In this document: positions 1-13,160 of the stretch, one piece after another
How positions within the stretch are numbered: the first letter of the stretch is position 1
How the letters are laid out: the number at the start of each line of letters is the position of its first letter
DNA from: Octopus vulgaris
Taxonomy: Eukaryota
Assembly: GCA_951406725.2 (NCBI GenBank)
Contig: OX597828.1
Coordinates: forward strand, 40,796,001-40,860,000
Direction of reading: 5' to 3'
DNA length: 64,000 nucleotides
Made by a program: the position numbers and the translations under genes
Notes under the pieces: model-generated
The model's database searches: none
What the model was told of the DNA's origin: nothing
What the model saw: only the letters and a program-made list of their open reading frames with translations

Positions 1-519
1 TGTGACTTCACAGTCCTCAGAGGAAAAGGAATAGTATACATTATGCTTTTGTAGCACCTCTACAGTTACTGTAAGAAAAGGAGAGAAAGAAATTACGACT
101 CATCTGTTAAATTGGTTAACCTCTGACTCTGGAATTGGTCCAAATGCTTGTAACACAGTGGACTCAGCTAAAGTCATCCAAGGGCCAAGAGGTGGCGTTA
201 AACTGGCTGATGGGTTAAGCTTCACCATTCGTCAACAGGTATAGTCCATCAGATGGACTATACCTTGGGCTGACCTGAAGCTATAGCAAAAGACACTCAC
301 TTAAGGTGCCAAATAGTAGGATCGAACCTAGAAACACATGATTGAGAAGCAAATTTCTTAAGCACACAGCCATGCCTGCTTGTGATATACGAGCATCATA
401 ACCCGGGGAAGTTTACAACTTGTTGATGTAATGCTGAAGAGATAAGCAAGAATTGCCCAAATAAATTATTATGATTAATGAGAGTATTCATTTCCACAAG
501 AGAAAACTTTCTCTCTCTC

Positions 520-603
520 TATCTGTGTATATGTATATATATATATATCTATATATATATCTGTGTGTGTGTATATATATATATATATATCTGTGTGTGT
601 GTG

Positions 604-645
<42 letters not shown>

Positions 646-650
646 CACAC
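520..650. repeat. (TA)n/(TG)n compound microsatellite
   Basis: Directly visible dinucleotide arrays; source of the spurious YI/CV ORFs at 471-935. Confidence 0.95.
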
Positions 651-790
651 ACGAGTATAGTACTATATATATATATACATACGAGTATAGTACTATATAT
701 ATATATACATACGAGTATAGTACTATATATATATATACATACGAGTATAGTACTATATATATATATACACACACACGAGTATAGTACAAT
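651..790. repeat. 30-bp minisatellite, about 5 units
   Basis: ACGAGTATAGTACTATATATATATATACAT units start at 651, 681, 711, 741 and about 775. Confidence 0.95.
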
Positions 791-1251
791 ATATATATGT
801 GCACGTACACACACACGCACATATGTAGATTTGTGTGTGTATGTAGCAAGGTGGGATTATAAGAAGTGTGATGCTACAAGATTGGGAAAGCAGAATATGA
901 AATGCTTGCTGTGTAAATTGATAAGGTGTGAGTGAGTTCAAGGAATTGGTTGGGTGCAATTACATGGCTGGTACGGTGGGGTGGGGTGGGGGGTGGGGGT
1001 CATTTGTATGAAGAATAGATGGATATATTAATATGGCCATGTAAATGTATATGTTGATACTCACTGGATGGAAGTGATGAAAGGTAGCAGTGATATAGAA
1101 ACAGAACAAGGACAAGTAGTAACACGAGTTGAAAATGTAAAGGGCATATAGGACAACATTATCTAATGTGTTGAGTGTGATTTGTGGGAAATTTGCTTGC
1201 TGGTTAGGTTTTTGTAAAATATGTTGAATATATTTGTATATATAGCAGTTA

Positions 1252-1655
1252 GGTGCAGGAGGGAATGTGTGGTAAGTAGCTTGCTTACCAACCACATGGT
1301 TCCGGGTTCAGTCCCACTGCATGGCACCTTGGGCGGGCAAGTGTCTTCTACAATAGCCTTGGGCCGACCAAAGCCTTGTGAGTGGATTTGGTAGACAGAA
1401 ACTGAAAGAAGCCCGTCGTATATATGTATGTGCGAATATATATATATGTATGTTTGTGTGTATGTTTGTCCCCTCAACATCGCTTGACAACCGATGCTGG
1501 TGTGTTTACGTCCCCGTCACCTAGCAGTTCAGCAAAAGAGACTGATAGAATAAGTACTAGGTTTACAAAGAATAAGTCCTGGGGTCGATTTGCTCGACTA
1601 AAAGGCAGTGCTCCAGCATGGCTGCAGTCAAATGACTGAAACAAGTAAGAGAACA
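1252..1655 (+). mobile_element. tRNA-derived SINE, family A (CORE-like)
   Basis: A-box-like TGTGTGGTAAG, B-box-like GGTTCAGTCCC, internal (TA/TG)n linker, 3' end CAGTCAAATGACTGAAACAAGTAA; many copies in the window. Confidence 0.9.
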
Positions 1656-2467
1656 GAAAAGTGAAATGATGTTGTTTAACCCTTGGACAGCTTTAACTGA
1701 GCAGACCTATGTTCAAAGACATTCTGCTCACCACCATTACATGAGGGTTTTTTGATAAGCACACTGTTACTTAGGACTGTCACTTAGGCTTCCTTGCTTT
1801 CTTTTTTAACATGGCAGGGTGCAATTTAGCTGTTGTTTCTAGCAGGTCTAACAATAGTATAGAGTTTTTTTTTTTTGTGTTGACTAGCTTCTGGATTAAA
1901 TGATAATAGACACATGAAGAGTGTTTTCACTGCAGATATACACAATATATGTTAGAATGGGGATATGTGGGGAAAAATATTAAAATGAATAGAATTAATG
2001 TGAATAACTATTCAATGGTTGTTTGAGAGAGACAAGAGAGAGGCTTTGAGGGTGCAAACTTTGTAACCGTTTCTTTACAAAATTCAATTTTGGTCTAAAC
2101 TCCACCATAACCCTTGAATGAGCAGAACTAATGGCCTTTTACTGGACCTCCAAGACAGATGGAAGGTATCTGGAGACCCTGACTCAAATGCCTGTAACAG
2201 AGGAGACCCTGCAAAAAGTACCCAAGGTACGAGGTAGTGGTTGGTGTTGAGTCCTTTGTTAGCAAATTTCTCTTGAAATACACTACCTTTGCTTCGATTA
2301 ATTCTTAAAATAATGGGAAATTTACTAAAATAACCTGGTGCTTGGAAAATAAACTGACAGGAAGTTTTGATGGAAAATTATAATTTAAATCACTTTGAAG
2401 TAGGAAGTTTGTATCATTGGCTAGAGGCTGGTGTCAGGGGGGGGGGTTAACGTATGAGAAGGTTTAA

Positions 2468-2686
2468 CCCCTTAGCATTTAAACTGGCCATATCCAGCCC
2501 AAATATTGTGTCTATTTTATGTTCAAAGTGGCCAGATCTGGCCTCTCACACCTATCCTACAATGTCATTCTAAAAATAAGCAAATACATCTTCAAAAATT
2601 TGAAGCTACAAGATAATGCATAATTAATATAAAGTAATATGAATAATTAAGCAATAAATTTCCCAGAGAAACCTGAATGCTAAAGG
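2468..2686. mobile_element. piggyBac-like MITE
   Basis: TTAA at 2464-2467 and 2687-2690; terminal inverted repeats CCCCTTAGCATT / AATGCTAAAGG; related copies near 5846-6075, 7967-8176 and 12425-12610. Confidence 0.75.
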
Positions 2687-5600
2687 TTAAACCAGGTGAT
2701 GGATTACATCTAGCACGATTTGAACACAAAATGCAAAGAGCCAGAACAAATACTGCAAAGTATTTGGTCAGACAATCTTACAGTTCAACCAATCTACTGC
2801 CCTGGATTGATACTTTATTTTATCACCCCATGAAGAGATGAAAGACAAAGTTGATCCCAACAGGATTTGAACTCAAAAATACTGCAAAACATTCCATCCA
2901 ACATGTTAATGCAGTCATGGGTGACTTGTGACTTCCTGAATGGCACACGTAACAAAAAGTTACCTTGAATTTTTTTAGTAATGCCGCTCACCAGATGGCG
3001 AACCATGTCTCATGCAGTCTACTTCTTGAAAAATGTTGCCCATGCCTGCTCTAATGTCTAATAATTCTGAGCCATGTGAGAAAAAAATCTTCATGAAAAT
3101 CCCGAAAGACTTAATTACCATGTGTCCCCAGTGTCAGGCATTTGAATATAACATATAAATAGTGCCTTACTTATAGGACTGTGTGTGTGTTCTGGTTAGA
3201 AGAGACTAACAAACTAAAACGAAATCTAATAAGCATAAATTTCCTCCTGGTGCTCAGGCCAGTGTGCCCAAGGTTGGTTTTGACTGAGCAGTCCCATGTT
3301 CAAAGACATTCAAACTATCATCAGCCAAACTATGCTGAGATTATCCCAATACTGTTGGTTCAAAGGTTACAATTGATGGTGCATTGTGTACACTAAAAGA
3401 CAGTCACCAGAAATGGCAAGGTTAATAATGATGGACAGTGTTTGCATGAATCTGAAACGTCAAATGTCTGAATTTACAGATATTTCAAATTCTATAATAG
3501 TTTTGATACAGGAAGGAGGGGAGAGAAAAAACTCGATGTAATGAATTTTCATTTATCATTTGCGTACACTGGTAGTTAGATAAACAGGTTTGCTACGCCT
3601 GGATATATTCCTAAAGCAAACAGTTTCTATGGAACTTGATACTAAGATTTCCATCATGGAGTCAGATTAGTTTCTATGAGTTGTGTATAATATGCGCTTT
3701 AGAGAGAGGCAGGAAGAGAAAGATAAAAGAGGATTGTTTGCTGAGATTATTACATTTAAAAGTAGGTTTCCCACTTGAAATTTTCAGAATCTATCAGTCG
3801 GATGAGAGAAAGATAGAGAAAGAAATAAACATAACAATGACTACTGAAGAAGAAAAAAAAAAAATTAGCAAAATTCTTTAGATTCCGTCCAATCCGATTT
3901 ACTATTTATTTATTCAGAATAAACAGTTAAAGCAGTAACCAAACACATAAAGACTAATAATGATATTGATTATTGTAAAAATCTGTTATTAAACTAGTCT
4001 TTTTGTGACAAATTACTGACAAGACACCAATGACTGAAGACTAGAATGTTCTTGGTTTTATACCAGTTTTGTTCATCCTCTTCTCAGCTCTCTCACTAGC
4101 ATACTTTTTCAATTGTGATAGGGTGTCCCATTTCCTCAGTGTCCTAATATCACATCACTTTGATCAGTGGTGTCCACAGACGCGAATCTTACAATCTCTC
4201 AGTATCTGTATGTATATTGTGAATAGGCATGCATGCATACATATACATATATATGTTAATTTATGCGAGATACACAGGGTTTACATAAATGAAATCATGG
4301 TTTCCTTCAATCAGGTGACTATACACTTCAGTGAATTTGAAAGTAATAAGGTCACCCTATTAATTTCAAGCTTACCAACATGCACAATTGGTTGACTAAA
4401 TGAAGCTGTAAGTTCAGGTTATGTAATCCTTGTTTAGCTTACATAAATTAACATAAAACTCTATAAACTTCCAGCAAAATTGTGTTGAGAACTTTCATGA
4501 CTTTGTACAGTAACATATAAGGCTAAATTCATTCATTTATTTGATGCCAGTCTTTCCACGCTAGTATGGGTTAGATGAGGTTATCTGAGGCAGGATTTTA
4601 CAGCTGGATGCTATCCCTGCCATTAGCCTTTGCCTTTTTTACAAATAAGGGATTTTATTTTACTTCTTGGTCATCAAAAGCACAGAGTGATTGGTCATAA
4701 TATTAACAAGGAATATCAACTGTTTTGTTCAGGCAGTGTCAAGCATGGAATATCAACATTCCTGTGAAAAACACATACATACACAAACACAACAGGGCTT
4801 CCTGCAGTTTCTGTCAATCAAATTCATCCATAAACACTGGTCAGCCTGGATTACTGGTAGAAAACATTAACCTCAGAAGCCATGCAGTGAGATTGAACCC
4901 AAAATCATGTGACTGCGAAGCTAACTTCTTAACAACACAACCCTGTCCACACCTATTACACACACACGTACTGTGCTGGTGTTATGTAAAAAGCTCCCAG
5001 CACACAGTGAAGTGGCTGGCATTAGGAAGGGCATCCAACCATAGAAACGATGCCAAAACAGACAACTGGAGCCTGGTACAGCTCTCCAGCTTGCCAGCTC
5101 CTGTCAAACCATCCAACCCATACCAGCATGGAACATAGATGTTAAATGATGCTGATGATGACACACTCGTATGTGTCTGTATATACACACACACAGACAT
5201 ATGGTGTTGAAATGATAAGGTGTTTTTTCCAGCTTTCCAGGTTCTGGGTTTGAATCCCATCTAAACTGACTTTACTTTTCTGCCTTTTAGAATCAATAAA
5301 AGAAAGACAGTAGATTAGCAGAATGTGAGGGTTTCAGCTAAATTCAAATCCTGCTTCCTATCGCTACGGGTTATAAAATTAAAAAAATGGTCCTTTCAGA
5401 AGTCTAAACAAAATTGGTGATAAGTTTTGGGAAATCCTTAAGCGAGTGCCCAAATATTTCAGATGACATACCAGCTGCCAAGAGAGGATATCAAGGCCTC
5501 AAAGAAGAACATAAGACATCATCACAATCTTTATATATCCTGCTACATTTCACATGGAATTTTTGGTCTTCTAAAGTCATTTTGGTTGTATAAGTCAATC

Positions 5601-6769
5601 TGCCTTTTTTTTGTCTGTAAATTTTGGTCTAAAAATTTCAACTTTTATACCAGAAAATATCATGCATACACACTCACATATGCATGCATACAAATCTACA
5701 CATGTACACATAAAATGTATTGACATTCATATTGCAAATGCTGCAAGTATATATTGAATCTATATGCCTGGCCTTTACAAAATGTCAACATCCATTGTCT
5801 GTCCACATAATAGCTACCACTTCAAATACTGTCCACATAAGTATGTTAACGCTTTAGCATTCAGATTACTTTGTCAAATGTAATACTTATTTATTCACAC
5901 TGTTTTCAATTAATCATGCAATTATCTTGTATCTTTGAGATTTCAGTGATGTGATTGTATATTTTAAAAAACATGGAAGGCAGACATTAAGCGATGACGA
6001 ATGATATTGTAGAATAGGTGCGAGAGGCCAAATCTGGCCGCTTTGAACATAAAGCAAAGTAGAATATTTGGTGGTTGATCAAAAGTATTTTAGTCATGAC
6101 CATCTCATCTTTTTTTTTTTTTTAAGGAAGGTAAAGGTGTGTGTGTGTCCCCTCATCTTCACATCATGTGGTAGCTGTAAAATGATTATCACTGTCCTAC
6201 AAGCATTTCCAATATTCTGCAAGAACATTTCCAGCCATGGGGAAATACTACCTTCCTTGTAAACGAGAGGGTAGGTGACAGAAAAGGGCATCTGGACATA
6301 GAAAATCTGTCTCAACAAATTCCATCTGACCCATGCAAGGATAGAAAAGTGGACATTAAATGATGTAAAATAGAATTCAGGGGATTTGGTTGCTATTTCT
6401 AGCAGGCTGAACAATCATGCAAAAGCTCCTACATTGGCTGGGCAGCTGTTTCTAGTAGAGCTAATAAAAGAATCAAATAAGAATGGATAAAAATTAATAT
6501 TTTTTCCAGCTTTAAAACTATGAAGAAGATATGAAATGTTGAAGATGGTACCTGCTTGACGCCAACCATTCCTTCTAATTCCACATCTCCAGGTCATTTA
6601 GGAAATGTTACATCAAGATAATTCAGACATAGCAGAATTACATACTTCAAATAAGACTGAAATGCTATTTATTTCAGGAAATAGAAAGCCAAAAGTTTGA
6701 GAGGGTGACCTTTGACCAGCTATCTATGCAGGTCAGATGATGGCCTCTACATGACCTTTTGATCAGCTA

Positions 6770-6945
6770 AGCTGATCAAGCAAGATTTTCCTCAAATCAC
6801 AAAGCCTTCCAATTTAGAATAGGAAGACATTGGTAATGCAGTCCTACCTACACTATGTCTGAATAAGAAGAAGTAATGGTCATGGGTGGAAAGTTTTTGA
6901 TCATAAGCCCTCTTAATCAGAGCAGAGCTAGAGCCTAATCAATAA
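6770..6945 (+). mobile_element. Interspersed SINE-like repeat family D (typically CTAGAAATAGCAGCCAAATC...GGGCTAAACAAC)
   Basis: Related sequence recurs near 1670-1860, 13420-13735, 13965-14060, 16540-16670, 18360-18540, 20670-20885, 58000-58410, 58955-59100 and 61455-61645. Confidence 0.65.
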
Positions 6946-9900
6946 TAATGCTTTCACATTTTGGTACAAGACCATCAATTTCAGGAGAGGGATTAAAGCA
7001 ATTAGACTGACCCCAGTGAACAACTGGTATTTATTTTACTGACCCTGAAGGGATAAAAAGTAAAGTCGACCATGGTGGAATTTGAACTCAGAACATACAG
7101 ATGGGCAAAATACTGCTAAACATTTTGCCAGCTCGCCAACTTAGCCTAATCAATAATAATGACAACTCATCAAATTTAATTTCAGTAAACATAATAATGA
7201 CCATATAAGATTTATCTCCCTGTATGGCACCCTGGACATCTACTAAAGCTTCAAACCAATCAATGCCCTGTGAGTGCAACTGAAAGACAGAAACTACTTT
7301 TAGTCCATCATGTGTGAATGTTTACATTCCTCGTCTCATGAAAATATTCAGCAAAAAATAGACATATTTGTTGACATTTTTTTTTTGCAAAGTTTAACAT
7401 CTGCCTTCCATGCTGGCATGGGTGGGATGGTTTAACAAGAGCCAGCTAAGGAGAAGCCTGCACCAGACTTTTGTGACTGTATTGGGAGGATTTTTACAGT
7501 TGGATGCCCTTCCTAATGCCAACCACCCAGCAGAGTGGACTTAGTGCTTTTTACATGGCACAAGTACAGGTGAGGTCAGTTTTCACAAGTTTTTACAGCT
7601 GGATGCTCTTCCAAGCGCCAACCACTTTACAGTGTAAACCAGATGCTTTTTAAGTGGTATCTGCACTGACAGGGTTACCAAATAGCTTGCAAGACAAAAA
7701 TCTTTTGAGAGAGGAGGGGGCAAAAAAATCATCTTCTAACTGCATTTTGAAAACAAGTGAAACAAAAAAAAAAGAAAACCCTTAATTGAAAAACAGGTAA
7801 AGGATAGGTGACAAGAAAGGGATCTGGCTGTAAAACAATACCTCAATAATGTGTGGGGCACACAAATGTAATGGTTTTGGTTAATATTATCAGACAAACA
7901 ATTCAAATATGAATGTAGAATTATTCAGAAACAACCTTAAAATTTGAAGCAAACTTTCAAATTTGCTTAACCATTTAACATTTAAACTGACCATATCCTA
8001 CCCAAATATTCTACTTGATTTATGTTCAAACTGGCCTCTCACACTTATCCGACAATGTCATCCTAAACAATCATCATCAAAATATTGAAGCCATGAGATA
8101 ATGGATGATTAATTCAAAACAGTGTGAATAAATAAGCATTACATTTGACAGAGTAATCTGAACACTAAGTGGTTAAGTTATTATCTCTTGGTTTGTAGAA
8201 ATACCACCCCCAAATCCTTTGAGGTTTACCTAGATTGTAGGTCAGCCATGGGCAAAATGTGATCCCTGGGACTTTCTGAATAGCACGCTTAACAAAAATC
8301 ACCTTGAATTTTTTTTTTTTTGAGTAGTGCAGCTTGCCTGATGATGAGTTGTGTTTCATCTGACCCCTTCTTCTAGAAAAAGGTTGCCCATGCTCATGTA
8401 ATATGAGGTAGACTTGACTGCTGTTTCTGAAAGCTGGAGCAACCACATGGAAGTTTCTTCGTTGCTTAGTTAACATGAGTTTTCAGAATGAAAGCAGGTG
8501 AAAAATCAAACCAAACTGTGCATGATTTTCTGAAATAGGTGGCTTACAGTTAGAAACATTTTCCTAGATGCCAACCACCCAACTGTAAAATTGAGAAACA
8601 AGTAGTTTCGTTTCTGCCAAGTTGTTAATAGAATGTGTACTATTATACCTAGCTCAATACAGTGCTTCCAAAAGGATTGATTTTAATATTCATCTACATG
8701 AAAGGCAAAATTACAAGCATTCAGTGAAAGTTTGGATGGAGTTTTGTGTTACATAGGGTTATTTTTAAGCAGATATTGGTTTCAAAAAAACAAGTTTCAA
8801 TTGTCAGCTCTACATTTATAAATGGTGTGACTACCCTCTCAGTTATTTGAAGGAAAAGAGATCCTACAAAGGAACACAAGTACTTTAGGACAGTTTTCTA
8901 TTCATCACTATCATCTCAAATGTCCACTTTTCCATGCTTGCATGGATCAGATGGAATTCGTTGAAGTAGATTTTCTACAGCCAGATGCCCTTCCTGTTGG
9001 TAGCCGTCACTTGTTTCCAAGCAAGGTAACAGTTTTCCTTGGCTGAATACTTTTCCAAAGGAAACTTGAAACAAACAACACTGTTTCTGTGATGGTGACA
9101 CTCATTTACAACTATCACAGGATAACAAGACAAGGACACACACACACACAAATATCTCTCAACTGTTCAATCCAATAAGTTGTAAACAGGTAACATAGGG
9201 TATATAGTTCAACTCTATTAAACCACAGAGACTCTGATAATTGATCAGCATAGGTACAAGGTCTCAAATTAGGTGGGAAGAATATATAACCAATTAGATC
9301 AACTCAGTATTCAACTGGTAGTAATTTTATTGGCCCTGCATAGAAAAAAGAAACAAAGTCAAGGAAGACTGGGTTTGAACTTAGAACTTAAAGACATGCA
9401 ACTAAATACCGCAAAGTGTTTTATCCTTCACATTATTGATTTTACTAATTTACCTTTTTAATTGTTTCTAACATAAGCAAAATGCCTCAAATTAGGCAAT
9501 GGAATTACTTGATTTGTCCTTCATTTTATTGACCCCAGAAGAATGAAAGCAAAACTGCCAAGTTAACCTTGGTGGGATTTGAAATCAGAATATAAAGTAT
9601 CAAAACAAATACCACATTTTGTCCAGTGCTCAAATGATTGTCAATCTTGTTTCATCAATTTTTAGCAGTGAGCTTTAACCTTCCTTTGGACTTGGACGTA
9701 GTAATGGGAAACTGCTTTAGAAAACTCATTACTAGACTACGCACCCCGGCTGATGCCAATAGGGATATCTCTGATTAGCAACTGTCATACAACTGTACAT
9801 GTCCACTTCACAATGGCAGATGCCAACTTACATTATACATTGAACAGAAGTTTTCAGCACTTAGCTATTAATATATGGGACACACCTGTGGAGGCTACCA

Positions 9901-10209
9901 TTGGACCCATCTCAATAGAGAAAAAGAGAAAGTGCTAACATTTTTTCATTTTCAATACAGTGAATCATTGATGAGCCTGTTGGACACTCCACTTAAGGTT
10001 ATACATTTAATGAAGCTATTATTCTGAATACATGTAAAATATTGGCTTTTGAACTAGATAAAAAGGCCTCAAATTTTGGGAAAGGGCGTGGTCAATTCTG
10101 ATTAACTCCCAGTACAAATGTTATTGACTGACAGAAGGAAGAAAGCCAAAGTTGACCTTGGCTAGAATCAAAACCAGAACATAAAGAAGTGCAACTATAT
10201 ACTAAAAGG

Positions 10210-10462
10210 CAGGAGTCCCTAACACCAGGTCACAGAACAGTACTAAGCCATGGCTCATTTGGTACTGGACCACACAAAAAGAGGTTTTAACATTTTATTT
10301 CTATTTTATTGATTATCACAATCTGTAGGGTGGTTTTACATTATATATGTAATAATTAAATTAAATATTATGCACTTTATTATGTTTTGTGTGATCCCCC
10401 CGGTCTGTGAAAAAATTGTCTTGCATGAAACCAGTCTGTGATGCAAAAAAGGTTGGGGATCA
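10210..10462. mobile_element. hAT/Charlie-type MITE (MER1-like)
   Basis: Left end CAGGAGTCCCTAAC; right part CCCCCGGTCTGTGAAAAAATTGTCTTGCATGAAACCAGTCTGTGATGCAAAAAAGGTTGGGGATCA follows the MER1/Charlie3 pattern as recalled; right end abuts an RTE-type (CAT)n tail. Confidence 0.7.
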
Positions 10463-10800
10463 TCATCATCATCATCGTTTAACGTCCGTTCTCCATGCTA
10501 GCATGGGTTGGACAGTTCGACCGGGGATCTGGGAAGCCAGAAGGCTGCACCAGGCTCCAGTCTTATCTGGCAATGTTTCTACAGCTGGATGCCCTTCCTA
10601 ATGCCAACCACTCCGTGAGTGTAGTGGGTGCTTTTTACGTGCCACCTGCACAGGTGCCAGGCGAGGCTGGCATCGGCCACGGTCGGATTGGTGTATTTTA
10701 CGTGCCACCGGCATGGAAGCCAGTCGAGGCGGCACTGGCATCGGCCACGAGTCGGATAGTGCTTTTTATGTACCACCAGACCAGGGATCCTGGCTGGTTC
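10458..10800 (-). mobile_element. RTE-tailed non-autonomous retroposon, family C
   Basis: Minus strand ends AACCCATGCTAGCATGGAGAACGGACGTTAAACGATGATG (RTE-type 3' stem plus GAT tail) and contains TGGTTGGCATTAGGAAGGGCATCCAGC. Confidence 0.85.
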
Positions 10801-11472
10801 AATTCGATTTCGATTTAGATGTATGTTAATGTAATATGGGATGTAATATGTTAATTTGTATCGCAGACACAAGGCCAAAAACTTGAGAGAAATATAGTCT
10901 ATTACACAGGCGGAAATCTGAATACCTGGTCCTTATTCTATCAACCCCCAGGTTGGTCTTAGCATGATCTGAACTTAAAAAATTAAAATTAAAAGCAGCA
11001 ATGCATTTTGTCCAACACAGATCATTTTTCTGGTCCACTGCTCTTAGGCATTTAAAAAATAACCACGTCACACTGCAAAAGGTTTTTAATTAAATATTAA
11101 TATGTTAGCCAAATACAACTTCACAATCATTAATATAAGCATTTTAACATTTATCCTTTCATCTTCTTCAATATTTGGCTAGACTGCTGAGAATAAAAGC
11201 TTACATAATTATTCTCTTCAAATTTTTATTTTATTCAGAGTTAATTTCCTGCTAACTGCAACAATTTAAGGCTAGTGTATATGTATATGTGTATATATAC
11301 ATACACACACATGCATGTATGCACATACACAGGGCTAATTCTAAATTGTTTCTTTGGCTATCATTTGATAGAACTAGGTGAAATTAAATGAGCAGCTAAT
11401 AACACATCCTATACCTCTACAGTTTTTTTTTTTTCCCACACAACACTTGATAGATCTAATCTACTGCCTTAC

Positions 11473-11621
11473 TTCCGCTCAGAATATTAGGCTCATATTC
11501 CATCATACAAAGCAGGTCGTTTGTCAGAATTACACTTCTCATACACACAACAAATAACCAACATTTCAGATAGGAGAGAAGTTTCCAGAATCTTTAATAC
11601 ACTTATCAAAGGATAGAGGTT
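11473..11621 (-). other. Putative internal exon of the minus-strand transcript
   Basis: Acceptor ATTTTACAG|AAC and donor GGAA|GTAAGG; stops in all frames, with a late ATGATG (MMEYEPNILSG) running into the donor. Confidence 0.4.
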
Positions 11622-11756
11622 CTGTAAAATGTTTGAAACCTTTAAGAGTTTTTTATTCAGTCCCTAAAAATAAGTAGGTCCTCATCATGGAACACTCAAT
11701 CCAAATGTTCCCTAAATAATTTGTTCTTTGAACTAGAGAAAAATCAGCAACTCTTG

Positions 11757-11802
<46 letters not shown>

Positions 11803-12911
11803 TTCTGTGTTTGCCACCACCCCATCAAAGCTTGACAACCTGTGTTGGTGTGTTTATGTCCCTGTAACTTAACGGATTGGTAAAAGAGACCAATAGAATA
11901 AGTACTAGGCTTTAAAAAGATAAGTCCTGGGGGGTTGATCTGTTTGACTAAAACCCTTCAAGGTGGTGCTCCAGCATGGCCATAGTCAAATGACTGAAAC
12001 AAGTAAAAGAATAAAATATATATAGAGAGAGAGGGGGCGAGAGAGAGAGAGAGAGAGAGGGGGGGAGACACACACACAAACTATTCATACATGAAGGCGG
12101 ATCTTAAATAATGATGACGAAGTGTGTGTGAATGAAGGTCATTGTCTTGACATCTCACATTTGTCATCATCATTCCATGGGTGTGGTTCAGTTGCATCCT
12201 TCTGGCCATTGTTCTGTTTGGAAAACTAAGGGCAACATTACTTGCTTGGAAACACTTGAGGGTTGGCAACAGGAAGAGCATGAAGCCTTTGTGTGACACA
12301 AGCAAGCATGGAAAATTAATTGTATCTTATAAGTCAGGCAGGGGATTTGGCTGACCTACAATCTAGGTAAACCTCAAAGGATTTGGGGGTGGTATTTCTA
12401 CAAACCAAAAGATAATAACTTAGCTACTTAGCATTCAGATTACTCTGTCAAATGTAATGCTTATTTATTCACACTGTTTTAAATTAATCATCATTTGATG
12501 ATGATTATGTTTAGGATGACATTGTAGGATAGGTGTGAGAGGCCAGTTTGAACATAAATCAAGTAGAATATTTGGGTAGGATATGGTCAGTTTAAATGTT
12601 AAATGGTTAAGATACAATTGTATACAATCGTATCTTTTAAGTTGTTGTTTACATGAATTCCAGGAGGTTGTGAAAACATCTGGTTTAGACACCAGTTTGT
12701 TGTGACATGGTGTACAAAGTGACTGCGATGACTGGACACATGTTAGAAATGGTGAAGTAACATCAGCTGATACTGGTACTGAGAGGATGCGAGATAGATT
12801 ATGACGAAGCTACAACACTATGAATTAACAATGTAGGATGACTAGAGAACAAAACCAATCCTATAGACCTGTACAGCCTCCTATCAACATAGAAAATGTA
12901 AATAACTGATG

Positions 12912-13160
12912 ATGGTGGCACGTAAAATGCACCAATCCGACCGTGGCCGATGCCAGCCTCGCCTGGCACCAGTGCAAGTGGCACGTAAAAAGCACCCACT
13001 ACACTCACGGAGTGGTTGGTGCTAGGAAGGGCATCCAGCTGTAGAAACATTGCCAGATAAGACCGGAGCCTGGTGCAGCCTTCTGGCTTCCCAGACCCCG
13101 GTCGAACCGTCCAACCCATGCTAGCATGGAGAATGGACGTTAAACGATGATGATGATGAT
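12912..13160 (+). mobile_element. RTE-tailed retroposon family C
   Basis: Near-identical reverse complement of 10467-10709, ending in (GAT)n. Confidence 0.9.

Noticed and set aside
975-1000. G-quadruplex-capable (GGGGT)n runs (also 43434-43451)
   Set aside because: Simple repeats with no functional context.
1252-1330. SINE heads as tRNA genes (also 31484, 50824, 63540)
   Set aside because: A/B boxes are present but there is no complete cloverleaf, and each continues into a SINE body.
5463-5600. Plus-strand acceptor-like sites (5462, 9960, 17736) as exons of a plus-strand gene
   Set aside because: No consistent frame or donors; such sites are frequent by chance in AT-rich DNA.
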